A DNA stretch of 64,000 nt, from the NCBI GenBank assembly GCA_964016885.1, contig OZ024745.1, forward strand, positions 123,814,001 through 123,878,000, given 5' to 3'. Of this stretch, positions 52,066-64,000 are shown one piece after another. Within the stretch, counting starts at the first letter, position 1. Each line of letters starts with the position of its first letter. A program made the position numbers and the translations under genes. The DNA comes from Eledone cirrhosa (lineage: Eukaryota). The notes below the pieces were generated by a model that saw nothing but the letters and a program-made list of their open reading frames with translations, did no database searches and was not told the DNA's origin.

Positions 52066-52593
52066 ATAGAAACCCTTTAAAATATGTGGTTTTCTTTCAG
52101 AGAACGAGAACTGGTTTCAGGACAGATTGGTATCAAAAGGGTTAAAAATATTCCATAACCTTTAGATATACTATATTGAGAACTACATCACCCAATGTTT
52201 CCTTTTTTTTTTTAAATGGTAGGGTGTGATTTGTGATAGATCTGGCTGACATTTCTAGCAGGTTGTAGAAGATTTCCCATCTTATATTGTTATAAAATTT
52301 TGGAGGAAAAAAATGGCAAGTTGACAATAGCAGAATTTGAACTCAGAAAAGATTTACAGCAACAGAGCTAAATACTGAAAAGCAGTTAAGCTTACTCTGG
52401 TGCTTTGCATGCCATTTCTGCTTTTAAATCACACTTTATGCCTTTAAAACAACACTTCTAGAAAATATTCTGGCCATTTTCTCTTGCTTTGATCTTCCTA
52501 CTAGCATTTTCTATTTTTCTCTTGTGTCTCTGTTTCTCTTTCCCTCTCTATATATCTCTCTTTCTCTGTCCCTCTTTCCCTCCTCTCCCTTAT

Positions 52594-52659
<66 letters not shown>

Positions 52660-53463
52660 AACACATATCCAATTATACTGCTGTGTGTATGACTGGCTTT
52701 ATGGTTGGGCAGTTAACTCTATACTGATCATGAAGAGAGAACCGAAGTCTGATCAACCATGTAAAAGAATGAAAGAATTTTCTGCCAAAGAAACACACAA
52801 ACACGCACACATACACACAAGTGCACATACACACACACACACATACAAGCGTTTCTTATATTTGTTGTTTTAGCTGCAATTCTAAAAAAAATTACTAGAT
52901 TATATTATTTCAGCTTGGCTTGCTGGCTGGCTGGCTGGTTGGTTGCTAGTAGTTAGAAAGATTTGTTGACCATTTCCAGCCTATCATACTCACCCACCTA
53001 TATACATCTTAGCAACCATTTGCAGCTTTCATTGCATTCCATTAAACTGCAAAACCCATAAAAAAGAAAAATATGTGAAACCCTCTACTTTTCACTTTTT
53101 TTTTTTAAGGTGAAATCTCACATGTCGATTCAATCTTTTCACAGCACTAACATATAAAAATGGTTATGGCAACAACATAGGACAATCAGTTGTATTTGTT
53201 CATACACACACACCCAATCTAACCCATACAAGCATGGAAAAGTGGACTTAAAATTATGATGAAATAATATATGTAGATAGATATTCATGTGTAACTCATT
53301 CTAGTATGGAAAAATGGACGTTAAACAGTGCTGATGATGATGATGATGTGGCTGCCTTTACTTTAAAAAACTCATTCTAGTGTTTCCTAATGAACGTGTC
53401 TAAATATATTGATGTAGATAGCCAATGTATTAATGAATTTTTAAAATCTTGTGTTCTCATTAT

Positions 53464-53547
<84 letters not shown>

Positions 53548-53714
53548 TGTATATAACTGACACATATATCAATTTCCATTTTTTTGTGAAAGGAAAATTT
53601 ATTTTCTTAAGCTTAATCACTTGTATTGAAATTGGTATTTCATAATCTTTCATAGTCTTTTTCTATTTTTTCAATGATTTCTCAATGTCATGTGAGCTCA
53701 AACTGAATTACAAA

Positions 53715-55010
53715 AGTCAAATTAGACGAGATGCAGTTCAGTTTTGTACCTGGGAAAAATACTACAGATGCCCTCTTCTTAATCAGACAACTAGAAAAGA
53801 AGTTCCTAGCCAAGAATAAGCTGCTATATCTAGCTTTTGTTGATCTAAAAAAGGCCTTTGACAGAATGTCTTGTCCTCTTATGTGTTGGTCCTTAAGAAA
53901 ATTAGGTGTAGAAGAATGACTTGTAAGAGCAGTGGAGAGGAGCTGTTAGTAAAGTGAGAGTAGAAAGTTAGTTTGAGGAATTCAAGGTGCAGGTAAGAGT
54001 TCATCAAGGTTCAGTTCTCAGTGCACTGTTGTTCAACATAGTTTTTCAGGCTATAACAGAGAAGTTTAAGACTGGATATCCATGGGAACTTTTCTTTGTG
54101 GATGATCTGGTCCATATAGCTGAATCCATAAAAGAACTAGCGAATAAGTCCTGACTATGGAAACGGAATTTGGAATCAAAAGGACCGAAAATAAACTTTG
54201 ACAAAACTAAAGTTGGAAAGAATATAGGACCCCGATTCCCTCAGGGACGTGGCCCTGCTCACTATGTAGAAAAACAATAAGCATAAACTCTATATGATGT
54301 ACACAATGTAAATCTTGGTACATAAGAGTTGTAATGGGATAACAGGTAGACTAACAGGAAGAGAAGATTTTTGTATGTAAAAGATGCACAGGTAATCGAG
54401 GAGAGGCATGTCAGTGATATAAACCTATTCCAATCACATGAAGGATCCATGGAAGTACTTGATAGCTTCCGCTATCTAAGTGACCTAATTAATTCCACAG
54501 GAGCGTGTTCCAGTAGCTAAAATAAGGATCAGATGACAACAAAAGGTCTTTTCCCTACATACAAAAGATCAGCTGTATTATGCCTGTGTGCGATGAGCGA
54601 TGCTGCATCATAGCAAAACATGGGCAGTGACAGTAGAGGACATGTATAGACTGGAGAGAATTGAAGTTACTATGCTTCAGTGGATGTGCTGAGGGAGAAA
54701 CTGGGTTTAAGAGAAATCCAAAGTGGTGTGCGAGGGAGAAGACTGTGTTTGTATGGACATGTAATGCACATGGATGATGATCGCTAAGTGAAGAAGTGCC
54801 AGAAAATCCCAGTGGAAAAAAGCCGCATTAGAGGTAGACCAAGGAAGACCTGAACAGGAAGACCTGAAGTGAGAGCTGATATCAAGTCACTGAGACTTAC
54901 AGAGAAGATGACAAAGAAATGCGATGAGCGGAGAGATGCTCTGCAGAAAAGGACCCATCCAACCCATGAAAGCATGGAAAAACAGACGTAAAAGTGATGA
55001 AAGTGAAGAT
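53715..55010 (+). mobile_element. Old degenerate RTE LINE (RT to 3' end)
   Basis: MQFSFVPGKNTTDALFLIRQL…FVDLKKAFD. Collinear with 15990-17340 but with many stops. Confidence 0.85.
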
Positions 55011-55170
55011 ATATATCATAATTATCATTTTATGTTGACTTTTCCATGTTTGCATGAATTGGACGTTGCTCCTTCTTCATCTCTTCTGATACCAAACTGC
55101 CTTAAATTACTTTGGTTCTATGACTCAAAGATATTTGTTTTAACCCTTTAGCATTTACATTACTCTATAT

Positions 55171-55520
55171 ATCATCATCATCATCATCGCCTTTTTACGT
55201 CCATTCTTCCACGCTAGCATGGGTTAGACGGGTTGTCCTGTTGTGGGCAGTGTCAAACGGGAACTGATTCTGGCTTGATTTCTACAGCTCGATGCCATTC
55301 CTAACACCAAACTCATTTACATTGTGGGCTGAGTGCTATTTTTCCGCGGCACCTCCACGACCACTTTGCAGTGGGAGCGGATGGAGGCATATTGTCTATA
55401 TGCTTCAGCTTCAGCTTGTACCCGTGGGGAGACGGGTCTTCTGTATTACTGCATGACGCCAGAGGTCATTTTCATCCACATGTGGCTATGCACAGGTAGA
55501 CAGAAAATTGATCTGCCTAG
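55171..55520 (-). mobile_element. RTE 3' end with SINE-like UTR
   Basis: (CAT)n tail, body module and the ORF end ctctggcgtcatgcagtaatacag on the minus strand. Confidence 0.78.
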
Positions 55521-55524
55521 TCAC

Positions 55525-56916
55525 TAGCAAATTTCCTTTCTGCCGTTGAATTATTTCAACTTTTTTTTTAAATTTTGCTTTTTTTTATATCCAACGGCAG
55601 TCCTTTTCTATTAGCGATCACTGTAGCACATGTATGTGTTGCCACAGTATCTAAATTCTCCGCAAGTTTGACCGAACTGAAAAACCGGTCAAAAAATAAT
55701 ATACGGCCCTGGTTATGTTTATGGAAGTGATAAATTCCAGACCACATCATACCCTAGGCCATGCTGACTTACATAATTGTCTCTTTTGCCAGTATAAAAT
55801 TCAAATCCAGAGCAGTACCCAGTATTCGATTCGCAAATCTTCCAAACTTTGATCGCCCATTTTGTGGGCTTTCCTGGCATATGTTGTCGAAAACGCACTC
55901 GGCCTTTATAGCCCACCATACCCTCATCGATAGATAAATATCTCCCTGGTTTGTAAACTGTTTTATATGTGTGTTGGACACAGTCAATGAGAGGTCTTAT
56001 TTTAAATAAGGGATCATAGTTTGGGTCTCCACGTACTGGTGTACTGCTCGTGTCTCTTACATGTAAATATTGCGTCAATTTTAAAAACCGTGTCCTCGTC
56101 ATTATACTTGAGACATATTCGTCTCCAAAGGGTTCATTGCTACTCCAGTAATTTGTAATTCTGGGTAGCTTTCTAATGCCCATAATAATATTTATGGCAA
56201 AATAAGCTCTAATTTCATTTAAGCTTGTGGGAAACCACAAACTATCCTTTTTTCCGCTTTGTTTACTTTCAGCGTAACGGTTTGTTTCCGCCGTAATGAT
56301 TTCAAACAAGCTCATAGGATAAAGTAAAAGGAAATAGTCTAAAGCTTTACTCTCCTGGGATAGACTGTGACTTGGTACAGTTTCTTCACAAAAATCACTG
56401 AAAGAAACAGTTTTTTAATTTTTACTCCATTCAGGTGCCAATTCATTTTCTTTATCGCTGTCATCAGAGCTCTCGGATTCACTGTTTTCACTTTCGGAAA
56501 ATGAAACATCGGATTCATTATCAAATGCCACGTGCTTTTTTTTTTCAGTTATAGAGTTAGATTTTTCAAGGTCTTCAGTGGAAAATCCTTCGAATTCTGA
56601 CTCGCTGCTTGACAGAAGGAAATTGGTATCCATTTTTTGTCAGAATTACAAATTTTCAAAACACAACAGGAACAAATTTGGAAAAAAATCTCCCAAAATT
56701 CACAGAATTAAAATAACACGTCGATCGTTGTCCAAAACTGCAGCTCAATTGTTTACACAGTATAATCACGTGTTTTCACGAATGTACTAACAAGATTTGC
56801 TCTGATATTCTCATTTAAATATGAATGTGTGAGTACGGGCAGTTTTGAGCGGCTTGGTCACATGAACCAATATTTTTTTCGGGCAGCTTTGGGCGGTTTG
56901 GTAACGAAAGGGTTAA
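55525..56916 (-). mobile_element. piggyBac (PGBD4-like) transposase pseudogene, 3' truncated
   Basis: Terminus cgaaagggttaa. Frameshifted pieces: an acidic N-terminus (SSSESEFEGF), ETNRYA…YLSIDEGMV…KPTKWAIKVW…SNTGY, and FFDRFFSSV. The third catalytic Asp region and the Cys-rich domain are absent. Confidence 0.9.
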
Positions 56917-57404
56917 AGTGTTTATCTTTATCTATAAAGCTTCCATCAGTTTTTAAGGTATGTTCCAAAAACCAGATGTTTTCTGCAGAAGTGAGTTATA
57001 TTATTAAAGGCTTCCAAATTTTTTTATCATTTTCAAAATTATCTTAAAATTATAGGCTGTGTTTTTCAGTAGAAAAATGATAAGAAACGGTTTGGTTGAC
57101 TCTTAATGTCCTGTAATGTTTTACTTAACATGAAATATCTAAAGGCAAGTTTGTTAATTCAAAAGTTTAAAGCATCTTTACTTGTTGAGAGATTGCAGTC
57201 ATAATGTTATTTTATACTTTTCAAAAGTAACTTACTAATGTGGTTTGATGCGGTAGTGGACATTAAAAGTTAAGCTTGTAATTCTGCTCAATAATGGCTT
57301 CTTGAAGCAACTTAATATCAACTGGCTACAGGTAACTTGTGAATCCAATGTCTATGTTCATTATTGTGGAGATGAAATGCTTTCTAATTGCATTATATTT
57401 AGCA

Positions 57405-57830
57405 GAGGGCAATGGGTTGGCAGCATCGGTAGAGGGTCGGACGCCATGCTTTGCAGCATGGAGTTATGGTCCTTTGTGGTCTGAGTTCAAATCCCACCGA
57501 AGTTAACATTGCCTTTCGTCATTACGGGATCGGTAAAATAGAGTACCAGTCACGCACTGGGGTTGATTTAATCGACTTTCCCCTCCTCCCAAATTGCTGG
57601 CCTTGTGCCTACATAAGAAACCATTATATTTAGCAGAGAGCGGTGGAATGGCAGTATCAGTAGACAGTCGGGCGCCATGCTTTGCAGCATGGAGTTATGG
57701 TCCTTTAAGTTCTGAGTTCAAATCCCACCATGGTTTACTTTGCCTTTCATCCTGATGGGGTCGATAAAATAATGCACCAATAATGCAATAATTGCTGGCC
57801 TTGTGCCAAAAGTAGAACAATTATATTTAG
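57405..57830 (+). mobile_element. Tandem pair of SINE family B
   Basis: Two head-to-tail copies, each bounded by attatatttagcaga. Confidence 0.8.
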
Positions 57831-58509
57831 CAGATTATTTCAATACTATAAGGTACTTTTAAAAAAAGAACTAACCCCACTCTATCTCATACTAAAAAAA
57901 GATGGATCGATCGACTTTCATCAAAACGGACCGAGGAAACAATGTTTTCATCAGTCTTTCCAGTTGCTAGTGTTATCTATCGGTCACAACTCCAGGTAGA
58001 AGGAGCAACGTGAAATAAAGTGTCTTGCTCAAGGTCATAACGCATCACCCGGTCCAGGAATCAAACTCACAACCTCAAGATTGTGAATCCAATTCTCTAA
58101 CCACTCAGCCACACGCCTTCATACTAAATCAATATAAATACTTTCTTTCTAACTGATCGCAAATAAGAAATTCTTGAAATTAAAAGCTAAGATTCAATAC
58201 AATGACCTTGTGGTTAATGTTGAGCTAAATAAGTATTGTCTATATTTAAATATATTTGAATAAATATACCAAAGAAAATTATCTCTGAGTTATAAATAGC
58301 TATTTCTGAAGTTGTACAATTCTTTTGTAGCAATAGAACTATTGATGTAAAACATTTTGCCCAATTTCTTGACTGCGTAAAGATGTTCTTCCCTCCATCA
58401 AGAATATAACTAAATGTTTTTAGAAATCTCCATTTATTTTTTATATTTTATTATTATTATTATTAAATCAGAAATCATTATTATTATCTGAGTTTTTTTT
58501 ATATTAATA

Positions 58510-59090
58510 ATAATTGTTTCTACTTTAGGCACAAGGCCAGCAATTACCCAGTACATTACCGGTACTTTATTTTATCAACTCCGTAAGGATGAAAGGCAAA
58601 GTCAACCTCGGCGGGATTTGAACTCAGATCGTAAAGGGACGTAACTATGCTGGAAAGCATGGCGTCCGACCCTCTACCGATTTCAATTTGTTTGCAATTA
58701 TGCAAACAGCCTCTTTTTTAAAGTCATGGCAGTAGAATGAACCCCTCATTCTTGCTCTTGTGTTGGCATGTAAACAGTACTGCAGACACTAATGTTTCTG
58801 GGTATTACTGTTCATCAGTACAGCTCACTGTTCACCTGCCAACTGTCAAAGCTAGTGAAAATATATATTTTCTAAAATATACAGTGACTGATCAAATATT
58901 GGTGGATTGGCAGTATCGGTAGAGGGTCGGACACCGTGCTTTGACGCATAGAGTTACGGCTCTTGCCATTCTGAGTTTAAATCCTGCCGAGGTTAACTTT
59001 GCCTTTCATCCTTACGGGGTCGATAAAATAAAGTACCAGTAATGCACTGGGGTAATTGCTGGCCTTGTGCCAAAAGTAGTAACGATTATT
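58510..59090. mobile_element. Inverted pair of SINE family B (58510-58682 -, 58901-59090 +)
   Basis: Family motifs in opposite orientations. Confidence 0.8.
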
Positions 59091-61502
59091 AATATTTGAA
59101 AAACTCAGATTACATTTATTGTATTCAGCCATGTAGGGCGATAATTTTTTTAAAATTTATTTATAATTAAATTTAACTAATTATTTTAAATAAAACAACC
59201 CCTTCTATTTAGTTGAGGAAATGTTTGCAAGTTCATGTTTCTTTAGAAAGAATCCATTTCAATTCTTTTTTTTTTTTTGTATGTGTTATTTATTTTTATT
59301 AGGGGGGAATTGAATTTTTTTGTTTTTTGTTTTTAATTAAATATTCTGTTTCTTGTTTCTGTTTTTCTTACCTTGACTTAACCTTAAAGGTTATTTTGAT
59401 GGAACACTTCATTTTGTCTCTCTTCCACTGCCACCAACACCATATACTATAATTTATACATTCCTTGTTACAATTCATAGCTGGTATTTTCTGCAGTTAA
59501 TGTTATTGTCAATGACACCTTTCTTCCTCCCCTCCTCCGTGTTAAACCTGCCTTGTGGTTATTGTTTTGTTTCCTCCACTCTGCTATGTTATCTCTTGCT
59601 AAATTTCTGCATGAAAACAATATTGATATCAGTGCAACTGACTCCCAGTTGTCATCACTTAGTTAGATTCTGTTTTGTCATTTTTGTAAAGAGATTTGGG
59701 AAACTTGCTAAGTCTTCAGCATTATTATTTAGCATTATTATTATTATTGTTGTTATTATTATTATTGTTATTGTTGTTATTATTATTATTATTATTATTT
59801 ATCAATGTTAATGTCGTTGTTATTTGTTGTTGTTGTTGCTGTTATTATCATTATTGCTGTTACTTTTTTGGTTATTTTCTTCTTCCTTTTAAATTTGACA
59901 AGTATCAGAGGATAATGCTGACATTTCCAGAACATCAGCTCTTATCTTTCAATGTATTTAAGAACAAGACTCAGATATGACAAAAAATAAATAAATAATA
60001 ACAACAACAACAAAAAGAGGTAACGAGTAAATATTAGCTGAAGAACAAAAGAGAAATTCCTAATTTGAAATGACATTTTATTTGAGATTATAAAATTTTG
60101 TAGGTTTTTACTCGTTTGTATTTCTATTCTTTTTTTTTTTTCTTTTAAGTATAAGAGAGAACTAGAATGTCCGTTAACTTTCGACTGTAGCCTTCTTGTA
60201 AGCATTAGTCAAATCATGTCAACTCTTTTTCCTTCTTTCCTTGAATATATTTTTATCATATCTAGCAATTATTCTGCATTTTCATACATTTTGTACCTTT
60301 AACTGAGCTGGAACAGATATAAATATATATACAAAAATGGATTATGTTGCTAAGTTGAAGAATTAGTGGAAACTTGTTACTTTACCCCCTGTAGATTGTA
60401 AATATAAGATATATATATATATATATATATATATTGCTAGACTAGTTTGTTGTATACTACACACAAAAAAAATCTAATACAATGATTCTCAACATTAAGG
60501 GCCTATCCCTTTTATTAAACCCTTTAGCATTTATATTATTATACATATACTATTGTATTTTAGAGGAAAAGGCTTATCTCCCATAATATTGAATCTATGA
60601 GATGTTGGTACTATACATGCACCTTTGACGAGTTGTACTGCACCTGAGCACTGTACACAACAATTTTCATTATTATTATTATAGCTGGAGTGACACTGCC
60701 TCTGGTTGTCACTTGATATTTTTAATAATTAATAATTTGGAAGGTTTTAGTCATATAACATTAAGCTGATGTAAGGCAGTGAATTCACAGAGCTGTTAGA
60801 GCATTTAACAAACACTTTGCAGTATTCACTCTGGTTATCTGCACTCTAAGGTCACTTAAGTACCAATGAAATATTGAACTCACTATAATCGATTTTCCCC
60901 TCACCACAAATTGCTGGCTTTGGGTCTAAATTACAAATCAGTATTAACCCTTTCATGACCATATTTCTAATGAAATACACTCTATTTCAATTAATTAATG
61001 AAGAATTTTGAGGAATTTACTAAAATTATTAATTATTTCATTACTAAGATAGTAACTTAATGTAAGGTTCTTATATAAATTTATGTTGGAAGATTTTAAT
61101 TTAAATTTAAAACCTTTAAAATGGGTGGTTTTATTTCATAGAATCAGAGCAGATTTTGGCTGGGTTGGTATCTAGTGTTTGGGGCATATTTGACAAAGGT
61201 TCTAACATAAAATTATGATGAAAGGTTTTGAGATAAATATAAACTCTTTAACCATTTTGTCGCCATATTTCTAATGAAAGAAACTGCTTATAATTTCCAA
61301 ATCATTTTGAAAATAATTAAGAATTTAGAAGGATTTTGTAATATAACTAACTTTCTCATTATTAAGCTGGTGTTTGGAGCATAACTTAATAAAGGTTCTT
61401 GCATAAAATTATGATAAAATTGGTTTTGATAAATACAACTATTTTAAAACAAAGTTTTATATGTTAAAACCTGAGGTGAAGTCAGGGAATTTGCTATCAA
61501 AA

Positions 61503-61721
61503 AGCATTTAAACTGGCCATATCCAGCCAGAATTCTCTCACCTCTTTCTGTTCAAACCGGCTGTAACCAGCAACTCATACTGCTGTTAAGGTATTGTTCT
61601 CAAAATAAATAATATCAAAATCTCATAGATTCGATATTATGTGAAATAATTATGCCAGGTAAAACCTTTACCTTCAAAATATAATAGTAAATGTAGAGTA
61701 ATGTAAATGCTAAAGGGTTAA
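61503..61721. mobile_element. MITE family 1 (reverse orientation), ~80 nt upstream of the exon
   Basis: Ends aatgctaaagggttaa; body as at 33103. Confidence 0.8.
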
Positions 61722-61799
61722 TCTTGATATAGTTTTAGCCTTGCTCTGTTTTTGTTATATTCTCAAGTTGAAAAAACAATTTTTTTCTCTTTGTTTTAG

Positions 61800-61874
61800 G
61801 ACGAGGAGGAACTTCTATATCTTTTGTTACTCAATTCGATGTGAAACTCATCCAAGCTGTTGAGACTTATATAA
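61800..61874 (+). CDS. DDX49: Next DDX49-like exon (75 nt, phase 1-1)
   Basis: ttttttctctttgttttag acceptor and a|gtaagt donor. Joins exon 8684-8781 in frame as (G)RGGTSISFVTQFDVKLIQAVETYI, the sequence expected directly after motif VI in DDX49/DDX47-type helicases. Confidence 0.86.
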
Positions 61875-62713
61875 GTAAGTAATGGAAGTTTCTTATCTAT
61901 ACTTAATCAATCAGAATTACTTGTAATTTAGCAAGATAAGTGGAGTAAATAGTATGAATGTGTGTGTTAATCAATTCTAATTAATAATCAGTCTATTTGT
62001 ATTGACACTCTCCTTTTTCATTGTTGTTTGTACTGGTGAATCATTAAAAGAGTCACCCAGTGCTAGAAATAGTAGCAAAATATCCCTCATATCATGCCCT
62101 ACCTTCTTTTTTTTTAAATCATATTTCTAATGAAGTCCACTGCCTGTGATTTTCAATTCATTTTCAAAATAATTAAGAATTTTTATTTTAGTAAAATAAC
62201 TACCATATATACTCAAATATAAGCCAACCCCCTATATTATGTCTGAGAAATGAGAAAAAATATTATCAAAACATGACAGATCCTATGTAGTCTCTTTGAT
62301 AATTTTATTAATTTCCTGTTTTTTGAGAAAAATGGTCATCAATTATGCTGATTCTCAAATAGCAAATATTGTTGATATCAACATATTTACGCAAATAACA
62401 AATATTGCTGATATCCACACATATTTGCAAATTTGCCATTTGAAATGAAAATTCTTAAGCTCAGTAAATATTTCTGAAAACTTTTACTCTTTGTTTTTTG
62501 GCTTAATTTTAGTTTTATGGTAAATTATTTCAAAGTAATAATTGAACTGTGCTAAAACAAAGTGAATCCTATGTGATCCTTGCATATGATAGCAAGAAAA
62601 AAAATGTGTTTTGCATTATGAAAAAGAAGACAATAGCATCAGGATATCTTAGAAAGGTCATTGACCGTCTTCAAATGTTTATTACCATTCAATATAATCT
62701 TCAAAGATAGTCT

Positions 62714-63110
62714 TTAACCCTTTAACAGTCAGATTATTCTATATTTACTATTATATTTTCTTGGTAAGGCTTTATGTTACATAATTACTGTATTTCCCGG
62801 CACCAAAGATGCTTCGTATTGAGGAGGCACCCTAATTTTGACAACCAAAAATTTGAAAAAAAATAATAAACTACTTTCAGCCTCCAGGACGCATGGTAGA
62901 TGTTTGAGACTTATTTTGGGAAAAAAGTAGTGTCTTTGATGCCAGGAAATACGGTATCTCACATAATATCAAATCTCTGAGATTTTGATATTGTTTATTT
63001 TGAGAACAATACCCTAACATAAGTATGAATGGCCAGTTATGGCTGGTTTGAACAGAAAGAGGTGAGAGACTTCTGGTCGGATATGGCCGATTTAGATGCT
63101 AAAGGGTTAA
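62714..63110. mobile_element. MITE family 1 with a nested pogo/Tc1-like MITE (62788-62954)
   Basis: Outer TTAA-CCCTTT ends. Inner TIR ctgtatttcccggcaccaaaga / tctttgatgccaggaaatacgg with a TA duplication. Confidence 0.8.
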
Positions 63111-64000
63111 GACATTAACAACTCTATTTCACCGTCTGTAATTGAAATATTTCTGAAAGATGAAATGCCTTTGATCATAGGCCTGCTCTATAAGGGATTA
63201 CTCGGGAACAACAACTGTCAAACAGGCAAGTTGAATTGTTACATTGTATCTGCCTATGGAATTAGAAAGTAGAGCTGAAATTTTTGTCAAATCATTTTTT
63301 TTTAAATTTACATTCTAAAGTGAAACTTTGTTGACTGAACCTCAGAAATGCACATCACCATACCATCAGAATATTAGTGACTGTACATAGTTGCTCAGCC
63401 TGCTAAAAATAGCAGCCAAATATCATTCAAATTACATCTTATCATCATGAAGGAAAAAAGATAGAAATGATGAATTGGATAATCGAGTTATGGATAGACT
63501 AAGTCTGAATAGGTGATGGTCTTGGTTGGAATGTCCTTTAAACATAGGTCTGTTGAATCGGACCAAGATAAGGCAAAAAGCAATAAATAAACAAATGAGA
63601 GTAGTTAATAAATGGAAGAAAGCAAACACTTTACATTTGTTCCTTGAAAACAATCCAAATACAAATCAGATGCGAAGGAAAACAGAATCATCAAAGAATT
63701 ACCAAATATTTTAAGGAGTTAACCTTAATGATAACCAACTGCTTCAAATCATCATTGATTCTATGATACAAAGCTGCTTGTTTTAAATTGTTTATATTTA
63801 TCTAAAAGCCTTCCATCATAATTTTATGTAAGAACCTTTGTTATGCTTCAAACACTATTTAATAATGAGAAACCTTGTCATTTTACAAAATTCTTCCAAA
63901 TTTTTGTTATTTTCAAAAATAATTTGAAAATCATAGGCAGTGCCTTTCATTTGGAATATAGTAACAAAAGGGTTATTTCGAAAGCTAAAAAGCTGGAAAC

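Overview
This is AT-rich, microsatellite-dense eukaryotic DNA. Its repeat content (tRNA-headed SINEs with RTE-type (ATG)n tails, RTE LINEs, piggyBac MITEs) suggests a coleoid cephalopod such as Octopus; this is inference. The only host gene I can support is a DEAD-box helicase, probably DDX49/Dbp8. It has two + strand exons (8684-8781 and 61800-61874) separated by a single ~53 kb intron. The intron holds one near-full-length RTE LINE with a decayed endonuclease half and an intact RT ORF, several RTE fragments, two piggyBac remnants with their MITEs, about 20 SINEs and a Penelope-like RT fragment. The most unusual signal is a set of sequence-unrelated hammerhead-ribozyme (HHR) motifs in small modules that mostly sit in (TA)n tracts. 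These are a complete canonical type I HHR (45986-46066), a minimal HHR (21078-21138), a U3-A8 compensatory-core HHR inside a 301-nt terminally redundant unit (29395-29805), a long-stem-II HHR on both arms of an inverted repeat (48123-48460), and fold-back palindromes whose apex falls inside HHR stem II. Most ORFs in the supplied track are microsatellite or repeat artefacts. Repeat boundaries are approximate and all folds were made by eye.
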